A DNA stretch of 64,000 bases from Anaeramoeba ignava BMAN (taxonomy: Eukaryota > Protista > Anaeramoebae): contig JAPDFW010000066.1 in the NCBI GenBank assembly GCA_028826165.1, positions 434,001 to 498,000 on the forward strand. The letters run 5' to 3'. The notes under the pieces are model-generated. The model did no database searches. It saw only the letters and a program-made list of their open reading frames with translations, and was not told where the DNA came from. Position 1 is the stretch's first letter, and the number at the start of each line of letters is the position of its first letter. Position numbers and translations under genes: made by a program. This document shows positions 35,280-47,064 of the stretch, in pieces.

Positions 35280-38200
35280 ATGAGTTTTGAATGCCCAATT
35301 TGTTTTGAGCGTTATTCTTCAAAAAGAAAACCCTATACAATTTGTCAAGAAGGTCATTGTATTTGTGGATTATGTTTACAACAACTTGCTGAATGCCCAT
35401 TCTGCAGAGTTTCATTGGATTATTATCCACAAACTTTCAATCGAACACTTTTACAAGAAATGGAAGAACAAGAAAGGAAAAAATTGGAAAAAAAGAAAAA
35501 GAAAATGCAACAAATTCAACAAGAAAAAATTGAACAACAAAAAGAGGTGAAATTAGAAGGTGAATTGTTATTTTTCTCATTTTCTCATTTTGATCTTATT
35601 TTTTCTCTAAATTTCTTTCTTATCTATTTTAAATTTTTTAGTAATTCCTCCTGATCAATATCAAAAAGAAAAGTTGAAAGGAATTGAAGCAATGATCAAA
35701 GTAATGAATAATTTCCCAAATAATGAAAATATTCAATATCAAGGATGTCAAAGTTTAACTGCTTTTGCTCTGAAAAATCAAGGTAAATTTCCTTTTTTTA
35801 AAGCAAATTCTTTAATTTTAATGTAATTTTAAATTCAAAATTAATTGAAAAATTAGAAAATCAAAAAGAAATTCAAGAAAAGAAAGGAACTGAAGCAATA
35901 ATCAAAGCAATGAATAATTTCCCAAATAGTGAAAACATTCAAAATCAAGGATGTGAAGCTTTAAAAAATATTTCACTTAATAATCAAGGTAAATTTTTCA
36001 TTTCTTTTAAAACAATTATTTAGTTCAAATTAATTTTAATCTTTTTCAATTTAATTTTTAATCCAAAACAAATTTTAAATTTAATTCCAAAACTAATTTA
36101 AAAATTAGAAAATCAAAAAGAAATTCGAGAAAAGAAAGGAATTGAAGCAATAATCAAAGCAATGAGTAATTTCCCAAATAGTGAAAACATTCAATATAAA
36201 GGATGTGAAATTTTAAAAAATCTTTCACTTAATAATCAAGGTAAATTTTTCATTTCTTTTTAAAACAATTATTTAGTTCAAATTAATTTTAATCTTTTTC
36301 AATTTAATTTTTAATTCCAAAACAAATTTTAAATTTAATTCCAAAACTAATTTAAAAATTAGAAAATCAAAAAGAAATTCAAGAAAAGAAAGGAACTGAA
36401 GCAATAATCAAAGCAATGAATAATTTCCCAAATAGTGAAAATATTCAATATAAAGGATGTGAAATTTTAAAAAATATTTCACTTAATAATCAAGGTAATT
36501 TTTCATTTCTTTTAAAACAATTATTTAGTTCAAATTAATTTTAATCTTTTTCAATTTAATTTTTAATCCAAATAAAATTTTAAATTTAATTCCAAAACCA
36601 AATTTAAAAATTAGAAAATCAAAAAGAAATTCAAGAAAAGAAAGGAACTGAAGCAATAATCAAAGCAATGAATAATTTCCCAAATAGTGAAAATATTCAA
36701 TATCAAGGATGTGAAGTTTTAAAAAATCTTTCACTTAATAATCAAGGTAATTTTTCATTTCTTTTAAAACAATTATTTAGTTCGAATTCATCTTAATTCT
36801 TTTTCAAATTGAATATTCATACTTTTTTTTCTTCCTTAATTCGAAATAGAAATGCAGATCCATTTTCAATTCCCCATTTTGAACACCCAAAATTCCACAA
36901 ACCAATTCGGGAAGAAGATAAACTGGTCACCGATCAGTAACAAGAACAAGGAAAAAGATTTAAAAGGTTATTACCAGAGGAAAAAGCAGAAAAAAAAGGA
37001 AAAGAAAAGGAGGCAAAATCAAAATAGAATCAATCACCAAAAGAAAAGCAATTCTATTTTCGGTTTCTTCAAAGAAGACTACAAAGAAAAAGATAAAAGT
37101 AAAAAAGATAAAAAAGAAAAAGATAAAAAAAGTAAAAAAGATAAAAAAGATAAATACAGAGAAAAGGATAAATACAAAGAAGAAAATGAAAACCAAAAAA
37201 TTCCAACATTAGATTTGAATCTTATATCCATAATTATTAAAGCAATGAATAATTTCCCAAATAGTGAAAATATTCAATATCAAGGATGTGAAGTTTTAAA
37301 AAATCTTTCACTTAATAATCAAGGTAAATTTTTCATTTCTTTAAAACAAAAATTTAGTTCAAATTAATTTTAATCTTTTTCAATTTAATTTTTAATTCCA
37401 AAACAAATTTTAAATTTAATTCCAAAATTAATTTAAAAATTAGAAAATCAAAAAGAAATTCAAGAAAAGAAAGGAATTGAAGCAATAATCAAAGCAATGA
37501 ATAATTTCCCAAATAGTGAAAATATTCAATATAAAGGATGTGAAATTTTAAAAACTCTTTCACTTAATAATCAATGTAAATTTCTTTTTTTTTAAAACAA
37601 GAATTATTTATTTCCATTCGAATTAATTCTAATTTTTTCCAAATCAACTTCAATCCAATGCTTCAGATATCCAAATTCATTTCATATTTGAAATTGATGA
37701 GAAAAGCAAAACTCATAAGAACTCCATTCCTCAATCCAATAGGAATCAAAATCCAATTTATAATCGAAATCAAAATCCAATTTATAATCGAAATCAAAAT
37801 CCAATTTATAATCGAAATCAAAATCCAATTTATAATCAAAATCAATATCAAATTCGAAACCGAAATCAAAATCCAATTTATAATCAAAATAAATATCAAA
37901 ATCAATATCAAAATCAATATCAAAATCAATATCAAAATCAATATCAAAATCAATATCAAAATCAAATTCAAATTGAATTTGAAAGTGAATCTGAAAGTGA
38001 ATCTGAAAGTGAATATGAAAATGAAAACCAAAAAATTCCAAAATTACATTTGAATGTGATATCCATAATTATCAAAGCAATGAATAATTTCCCAAATAAT
38101 GAAAATATTCAATATCAAGGATGTGAAGTTTTAAAAAATCTTTCATTTAATAATCAAGGTAATTTTTCTTTTTTTTTAAAACAAGAATTATTTATTTCCA

Positions 38201-38885
38201 TTCGAATTAATCCTAATCTTTTTCAAATTAATTTTTAATCCAAATCAAATTTTAAATTTAATTCCAAAATTAATTTAAAAATTAAAAAATCAAAAAGAAA
38301 TTCGAGAAAAGAAAGGAATTGAAGCAATAATCAAAGCAATGAATAATTTCCCAAATAATGAAAATATTCAATATCAAGGATGTGAAGTTTTAAAAAATCT
38401 TTCATTTAATAATCAAAGTAAATTTTCTTTTTTTTTAAAACAAGAATTATTTATTTCCATTCGAATTAATCCTAATCTTTTTCAAATTAATTTTTAATCC
38501 AAATCAAATTTTAAATTTAATTCCAAAATTAATTTAAAAATTAAAAAATCAAAAAGAAATTCGAGAAAAGAAAGGAATTGAAGCAATAATCAAAGCAATG
38601 AATAATTTCCCAAATAGTGAAAATATTCAATATAAAGGATGTGAAGCTTTAAAAAATCTTTCATTTAATAATCAAGGTAAATTTTCATTTCTTTTAAAAC
38701 AAGAATTATTTTAATTTCAAATTAATTCTAATCCTTTCCAAAACCAAATTTAAAAATTAGAAAATCTTGATGAAATCCAAAGTTTACAAGGAATTCAATT
38801 AATAATTAATTTGATGAATAATTTCCCAAATAACTCATCTCTTCAAGAAATAGCTTGCGAAACTTTATCTCAATTAATGAATTAA
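35280..38885 (+). CDS. RING finger + armadillo-like repeat protein, copy B
   Basis: Same RING exon with a few substitutions, more ARM exon units, and two low-complexity linker exons (36851 onward, about 37670 onward). Same terminal exon as copy A. Confidence 0.8.
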
Positions 38886-39059
38886 ATTGGAAAAGAAAGC
38901 TCAATAATTACTCTTTTCTCTTTTTCAAAATTTTATTTTTCTTTCCTTTAATCATTAAATAAGAAACAAAATCAATAAAATTAAATTTGATTTTTGATTT
39001 TATTTAAAAGAAAATAATCTTTTTTAAAAAAATGGAAAATAAATGTTTTCTTTTGTTTT

Positions 39060-40896
39060 TTAATCATTTAAATCATCTAATTCTTTTTCTTCTCTAAAAC
39101 GAGGATTTTTTTGAGTTTTTTGATTATTTTCTCGAATTCTTTTAATTTCTTCAAAATTTTGATTTCTGTGAAAATTCTTTCTATTAATTCTTGTTTCTTT
39201 TGATCTTTCAGTCATTGTTTGACTTTTTTTTAATCCATAACCACCTCTTCCTGGATCATAATCATCTCTATATTCATCTCTAACCTAAAAATATTTTTGA
39301 ATTTTTGGATTTTGATTTATAATTTGATTTTAATTTTAAAATTTTGATTTTGATTTTGAATTTGATTTTTGATTTTGAATTTGATTTTAATTTTGATTTT
39401 GATTTTGATTTTGATTTTGATTTTGATTTTGATTTTGATTTTAGTTTTGATTTTAAATTTGAATTTGAATTTGATTTTGAATTTTGATTTTGATTTTTAA
39501 TTTTGATTTTGAATTTGAATTTGAATTTGATTTTGAATTTGAATTTGATTTTGATTTTGATTTATTTTGATTTTGATTTTGATTTTGATTTTGATTTTGA
39601 TTTTGATTTTGATTTTGATTTTGATTTTGAATTTAAAATTTTAATTTTAATTTATAATTTGATTTTGAATTTGATTTTAAATTTGGATTTGAATTTTGAT
39701 TTGAATTTTGATTTTGAATTTAAATGAATGATGAATAAAAATAAAAGAATTAAGTACTTGACCACCACTTCTTCCTCTTCCATATTGTCTTCCTTCAATA
39801 AAACCAGTATCAAGATCAGTTCTAATAACTCTTTCATCCAAACGACTTCCATTAATATATCTCAAACATTTCAAAGCATCTTGTTTTTCAAAATATTCAA
39901 CAAAACAAAAACCACAAGGAGTTTTAGTTTTTTTATTTAATCCCATAACAACCTTTTTGATTTCTCCACATCGAGAAAATAAAGCATATATTTGCTCTTC
40001 TGATGTATAAAAAGAAAGATTTCCAACATATATTGTTGTTGATCGTTTTAATTTTTTGTCTCTTTCCCCATCTGTTCCCTTTTGATTTTAATTTTGATTT
40101 GAATTTGAATTTTAATTTAATTTTGAATTTGATTTTGATTTTTAATTTGATTTTGATTTTGAATTTGAATTTGAATTTGATTTTGAATTTTGATTTTGAT
40201 TTTGAATTTGAATTTGAATTTGAATTTTTGATTTTGATTTTGATTTTAATTTGAATTTAATTTTAATTTTGATTTTGAATTTAATTTTGATTTTGATTTT
40301 GAATTTAAATTTGAATTTTGAATTTGAATTTGATTTTGATTTTGAATTTGAATTTTGAATTTGAATTTGAATTTGAATTTGAATTTGAATTTGATTTTGA
40401 ATTTGATTTTGAATTTGAATTTAATTTTAAATTTTAATTCTGATTTTGATTTTTAATTTGATTTTGAATTTGAATTTGAATTTAAATTTAATTTTGGATT
40501 TGAATTTAATTTTGAATTTGAATTTTGAATTTTTAATTTTGAATTTGATTTTGATTTTGATTTTGATTTTGATTTTGAATTTGAATTTGAATTTAATTTT
40601 GATTTTGAATTTGATTTTGATTTTGAATTTAAATTTGAATTTGATTTTGATTTTTATTTTGAATTTCATTTTGATTTTGATTTTGAATTTGATTTTGATT
40701 TTGAATTTGAATTTAAATTTTAATTTTAATTTTAATTTTGATTTTGAATTTGAATTTGATTTTGAATTTGATTTTGAATTTGAATTTTAAATTTGATTTT
40801 GAAATTTAATTTGAATTTGAAATTGAAATTGAATACAGGAAATCTTGAATCTTTATAATGAGACTTTCCTTCATCTTGTAAAAATAAATGAGACAT
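39060..40896 (-). CDS. NCBP2: Nuclear cap-binding protein CBP20 (exons 40896-40837, 40078-39758, 39284-39060)
   Basis: [42 protein letters not shown]...[39 protein letters not shown]. Confidence 0.97.
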
Positions 40897-41018
40897 TTTT
40901 AAATTTTATTAAATAATAAATTTATTTTAAAAAAAAAGGAAAAAAATGAAAAAAAAAATTTAAAAAAAAAATCATTTTTTTCAATTTTATTTTGTTTAAA
41001 AAAATTAATTTGTTAAAA

Positions 41019-42574
41019 ATGCATTCACCAGCACAAAATTTAATGACAAGAATACAAAAAGCATCAAACGATCACGAAATATTAATACAATGGCTTAAAA
41101 AAAGGGTTAAACTTGAAAGAACTATTGTTAAAAATATAAGTAGTCTTGCGAAAAAACAAAAGTAAAAATTTTTTCAATTTAATTTTTTCAATTAATTTTT
41201 TCAATCTAATTTTTTAATTTAAAATTTAGTAAAAAAACTCAAAATGCTTTTGATGATAATTATGATCTTTTTTTTGAAAAATTAACTCAATTAACTTCAA
41301 TTCATTCAGAAACTGAAACAACTTTACTTTCAATGATTGAACAATTAGAACATTTTCAAGATTATTTTAAAAATGAAATTTCGAAGGTTTTTTTTTTTTA
41401 TAAAATAAATTTGGATTGAAAAAAAAAAATTTTAATTAAAAAAGCAAATTATTTTGAGAAATTTTTTTTTCAAAATGGATTTAAATTAAATTAATTTGTA
41501 TTTGATTTGATTTAAAATATAGATTAATACTGAATATGTTCGTCAACAAAAAGGTTATGATAAACTTAGAGAAAGAGCATTTACTAATAATATAAAATTT
41601 CTTGAAAAAAAATTTGAATCTGAAAAATTTTATACAATTTGGAAAAGAAGAGAATCATTTGTTCATCCAAAAGAAGAACAACAAAAAGTAAAGAAAATAA
41701 AATTAAAATTCATTTATAAAATTAAAATAATTGTGTTAAAAAAAAAAAAAAGGCTTTCCAAAAATATGAATCTATAAGAGATGATTCATTTAATACTTAT
41801 CAGAAATATCGAGCAGTTTATGATAATTTTGAACAACAATATCAAGCATTTAATAACCAATGCCAAAAAACATATTTATCACTAAAACAAATTGAAATAC
41901 AAAGAAATTCATTAATTCAACAAATTTTTTTTCTTTATGCAAGTTCTTCTAAATTAATATTTCATATTGATATTAATCAATCATTTCCAACAACTCCTGA
42001 ACCTAATTTTGATTTCCAAACAAAAATTGAAACTTTATTACAAGATGAAACAACTCAACCTCCACCTATTTTAGGAATTTCCAAAGAGATTGAGTTAAAA
42101 AATGATTCTAAAATTGAATTTAAATCAGAATCAGAATCTGAAATTGAATTAAAAGTTGAATCAAAAAAAAATCCAAAACAAAAAAATAATCATAAAACAA
42201 AATAATCATAAACAAAATAGAACAAGTGTAAGTTATTTTTTATATCCTGTCTTGTTTTTTCAAAATTTCTTTATTAAAATTTAAAAATGTCTTGTTAAAA
42301 TTTAAAAATTTAGTTGAGAAGAAATTTTGGAATTGAAAAAATTAAATTTCATTTAATCAAAAAAACTAAACCAAGAAGAAAACCTCCACCAATTCCAAAA
42401 AAAAAACAATTTGCTCTTGCTTTATATGATTATGAACCTGATGATTTAACTCATTTACCTTTTAATACTGGAGATTTAATTCAAATTGTTTCTCCAACTT
42501 CAGATCCAAATTGGGTTATTGGATTATTGAATAGAAAAAAAGGATTAGTTCCAACAAATTATATTAAATATTAA
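41019..42574 (+). CDS. F-BAR (FCH) + SH3 domain protein, multi-exon; probable homopolymer frameshift near 42195
   Basis: N-terminal WLKKRVKLEENYCKNISSLAKK (FCH motif), helical middle, PPPIPK, and C-terminal SH3 ALYDY...L.F..GD.I......NW..G....KGLVP.NY. Confidence 0.8.
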
Positions 42575-42723
42575 AATAAAAATTTTTTAAATTGTTTTTT
42601 TTTAACGAATAAATTTAAAATTTAAATTTTAAATTTAATTTTTAATTTTAACGGTTTTTTAAATTAAATTGTTTCATTTTATTTTTTTCATTTTTTTTTT
42701 TTAAAATAATTTAAATAATAAAA

Positions 42724-45700
42724 ATGGAAATTGAAGAAAGAAATCAAGTTTATAAAAGACAATTTATTGAATTTTTAAGAATTGAAGTAAAAATCAAATT
42801 AAATTAAAAAATCAAATTAAAAATCAAATTAAAAATTTAAATTAATTTAGAATAATGATAAAAGAATTGATCAAATGATTGATCAAAAAATGCAAAGAAC
42901 AATTATTAATGCAAATGATTTAAGAAATTTTGATCCAAAATTATGTTCCGAGTTTGTTTTATTTTTTTATAAATTCAAAATTTTTAAAATTCATTTTAAA
43001 TTCCTTTTAGATTTATAAATCATCCAGCTGATTATTTACAAGCTTTTAATGATGCATTAACTGAAATTGTTAATGATAAATTTCCCAATTATGCAAACAC
43101 TTTTGATTATGAAAATTTTTTTATTGGAATAGAAGGAAATCTTGGAGAAATACATCACACAAGTCCGCGCCAACTCAAATCATCGCTTCTCGGGAAACTT
43201 GTTTGTATAAATGGAATAGTGAATAAATGTAATTTTGAAAGAAAAAAAACAAAATCGAAATTGTTCGACTTTTATTTAAGTTAAATGGAATTTTTTTGTT
43301 TACAAGGTTCTATTGTGAGACCGAAGGTTGTTCAAAGCGTTCACTATTGTAAAGTGACTACCAAGACGATGGCGAGAGTGTACCGCGATGAGACCTCAAT
43401 CGATGGACTTCCCACTGGGTTTATGTATCCGACTACTGATGATGAGGGAAATGCGCTTGTGACAGAATATGGGCTCAGCAAATATAAAGATTACCAACGG
43501 TTGACAATTCAAGAAACCCCAGAAACTTTGCCTACAGGTCAGCTACCGAGATCTATTGAGATTATTTTGGAAAACGATCTTGTTGATTCTGTCAAACCTG
43601 GTGATCGAGCCAAAATTTATGGTATTTTTCGTGCACTTGCTGGAAAGGCGACAGGTCTTGTTTCGGATGTTTTTCCGACAGTTGTGCTCGCTAATAATGT
43701 GAGTAAGGATGACAAAGGCACGCTTCCTAAGCAGCTGACTGACCAAGATGTTTCTTCTATCAGAGAATTTTCAAAAAGAAAAGACTTGTTTGAAGTCTTA
43801 ACAAATTCCATTGCTCCGTCAATTTATGGCCATGAAATGCTAAAGAAGAGTCTTCTTCTTATGCTTCTTGGAGGGGTTGAGCGAGTCTTGGCTAATAAAG
43901 CGCACTTGAGAGGGGATATAAACATATTGATGATTGGAGACCCTTCAACAGCAAAATGTTTTTTGAAAAACACTCCAATTGTTCGTTTTGACGGCACGAT
44001 TTGCAGTGTTCAAGATGTCTCTGCAGGCGATGTTTTGATGGGCGATGATCTGCAAAAACGCGTTGTGCAAGTCACTACTTCTGGTCACTCAATGATGTAC
44101 CGTGTTGTCCCTAAATTGGGCGATTCTTTTATTGTTAATGGAGATCATTTGTTATCAATTAAAGTGGAAAAAAGTGGAACAAAAAATAACGGACTAAATG
44201 GAGATTTTTATTCAAAAAATTCTTTTTTTCAAACTGAGATTTCTGTTGATTCTTTTCTTAGGCTTCCTCGATATTTGCAACAAAAATGCAGATTGTTTCG
44301 GAAATCAGTTGAATATCCTGAAAAAATTGTTGATTTTGATCCTTTTTTGATTGGATTTTGGATTGGAAATTGCAGTTTGGATTCCTTTGTGTCTTTCAAG
44401 GATTTTTGTTCAAAATTTGTTGGGAAATCAGTTGGTTGTTTATCAGAAGAAAAGCTTTTGGATCTTGATTTGGAAATGGAAGAAAAAAGACATATTCCTG
44501 AAAAATATTTAATCAATAATAGCAAAATTAGGGAACGTTTACTTCTTGGGCTTTTTTCTTCAAGAATTGGATCAATTCAAGAAGAAGATTCAATTGGATT
44601 GTTTTCTTTTGTTATTCCGAATTTGGAAAGAAATCAAAAATTAGTTTCAGATATTTTGTATCTTTCCCGTTCACTTGGATTTTGTTGTGAAAAAGTTGAT
44701 TTCAAAGAAAGAATAGAAGTTATTGTTTATGGATCAAAACAAGAAGAAAGCAAAAAAATGATTGAAAAGGGAGAATTTATTAACTTAGCAAAAGCAAATG
44801 AAGATTTTTTGATGACAAGTTTTGAGGTTGAAAAATATGGATATGATGATTATTATGGGTTTTCAGTTGATGGGAATCATAGATTTTTATTGGGTGATTT
44901 TACAGTTGCTCATAATTCTCAGTTGTGTCGGTTTATTTTGAATATTGCGCCTTTAGCGATTAGCACTACAGGAAGAGGGTCTACTGGAGTTGGTAACTTT
45001 TCATATAAATTTATATTTAAAATTTTGATTTATATTTGATTTATATTTGATTTGATTTAAATTTGATTTAAATTTTGATTTAATATTTTATTTAAATTTT
45101 GATTTAATATTTGATTTAATATTTGATTTTAATATTTGATTTTAATATTTGATTTAAATTTTGATTTAATATTTGATTTATATTTGATTTTATTTTTATA
45201 TTTAATTTAATATTTGATTTAATATTTAATTTTATATTTGATTTATATTAATTTAATATTTGATTTATATTTGATTTATATTTGATTTAATATTGATTTA
45301 TATTTGATTTAATATTTGATTTAAAATTTGATTTATATTTAAAATTTTATTTTATATTTGATTTATATTTGATTTATTTTGATTTAAATTTATTTTAATA
45401 TTTGATTTAATATTTGATTTAAAATTTGATTTATATTTGATTTATATTTGATTTATATTTAATTTAAAATTGATTTAAAATTTGATTTAAATTTTGATTT
45501 AATATTATATTTAATATTTTATATTTGATTTGATGTAAAGGTTTAACGGCGGCAGTTACAACCGATCCAGAAACCCGAGAAAAAAGATTAGAAGCAGGAG
45601 CAATGGTATTAGCAGATCGAGGAATTGTTATAATTGATGAATTTGACAAAATGTCATTTTTGGATCGAATCGCAATTCACGAAGCAATGGAACAACAAAC

Positions 45701-46883
45701 AGTAACAATTTCAAAAGCAGGAATACACACAAGTCTTAACGCAAGATGCTCTGTAATTGCAGCAGCAAATCCAATTTATGGACAGTATGATCGAACTAAA
45801 AAACCATCAGAAAATATTGCACTTCCTGATTCGTTACTTTCCCGTTTTGATCTCCTTTTTATTGTTCTTGATAATATTGATCCTGAATCAGATCGCCTCA
45901 TTTCTAATCATGTCCTTAAAATGCATATGTGGCAAAATGATGTCGCAAATGACCCTAATTTTTCAAATACTCAAGATGAAAAAGATGATCAAGATTTTGA
46001 CATTTTTTTAAATAGAAATCCTTTTGAAGAAATGACTAAAAAATGGCAGAAAAAAAAAAGCCAGAAAAATAAAAGGTATCAAACAAGGAAAAGTTCGCAA
46101 AGAAACAGCAAATCGGAAAGCAAAAGCCAAAATGATGATGATGAGAATTTTGAACAAAAAAAAATTCTTAATATTGATTTTTTGAAAAAATACATTTACT
46201 TTGCTAAACAAAAGATTGTTCCAAAAATGACCAATGAAGCATCCGAATTTATTGCATCATTTTGGGTTGGCTTAAGAAGTAAGGAAGGAATAAAAACACA
46301 GCCCATTACAGCAAGAACTTTGGAAACACTTATTCGTTTATCAACTGCTCATGCAAAAGCAAGACTCAGTGATATCGTGACTGAAGAAGATGCAAAAGGA
46401 GCAAGTGATATTATTAATTTTGCATTGTTTCATGAAGCTGAACCAAAGAAGGCTGAAGTTAAAAGAAAGAAACGACGAGAACCTGTTCAAATTGAAAATG
46501 AAAATGAAAATGAAATCAAAATCAAAATTGAAAATGAAAATGAAAATGAAAATGAAAATGAAAATGAAAATCAAAATCAAAATGAAATTCAAATCGAAAA
46601 TGAAAATAATTCAAATGCGATTGAAATGGATCAAGAAATTGATTCGCAAACAAAACCTAATTTATCTAAAACAAAAGATCGTTTAGTTGAATTTAGAAAA
46701 TTAATTGCAAATGTTTTCAAGAAAAAACGAACAAATGAAATGCAAATTGAAATTTTAATTCAAGAAATTAATGAAACAAAACCAAATCCATTATATGATT
46801 TTGAAGAAATTGAACCATATTTACATCAACTTCAAGAAGAGAATAGGTTAATGTTTAGTGAAGGAGTTGTGTTTTTAATTTAA
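42724..46883 (+). CDS. MCM3: DNA replication licensing factor MCM3 (5 exons, intein-containing)
   Basis: [116 protein letters not shown]. Last intron is 44993-45540. Confidence 0.97.
43957..44916 (+). mobile_element. Intein (320 aa) with degenerate LAGLIDADG homing endonuclease, in the MCM3 Walker A motif
   Basis: In-frame insert between GDPSTAK and SQL. Block A CFLKNTPI, block [10 protein letters not shown], blocks [25 protein letters not shown], +1 Ser. Endonuclease remnants: [37 protein letters not shown]. Confidence 0.96.
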
Positions 46884-47064
46884 AAAGAAAAAAAAATAAT
46901 TTTTTTTTTGTTCCACTTTTTTTTTTAATTGGAAAAAAAAATTAAAAAAGAAAAAAGAAAAAAGAACAATTTTGAATTGAAATTTTAAATTGAAATTTTA
47001 AATTGAAATTTTAAATTGAAATTTTGAATTGAAATTGTTTAATTTTTAAATTGAAATTTTGAAC

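Noticed and set aside
33420-38760. Repeat-spacer appearance resembling a CRISPR array
   Set aside because: The repeats are coding ARM exons with GT-AG introns, the spacers are themselves homologous, there are no cas genes, and the context is eukaryotic.
42242-42250. ATATCCTG as a second U12 donor
   Set aside because: It lies inside a normal GTAAGT...TAG intron that already gives the right frame, and there is no matching branch/AC end.
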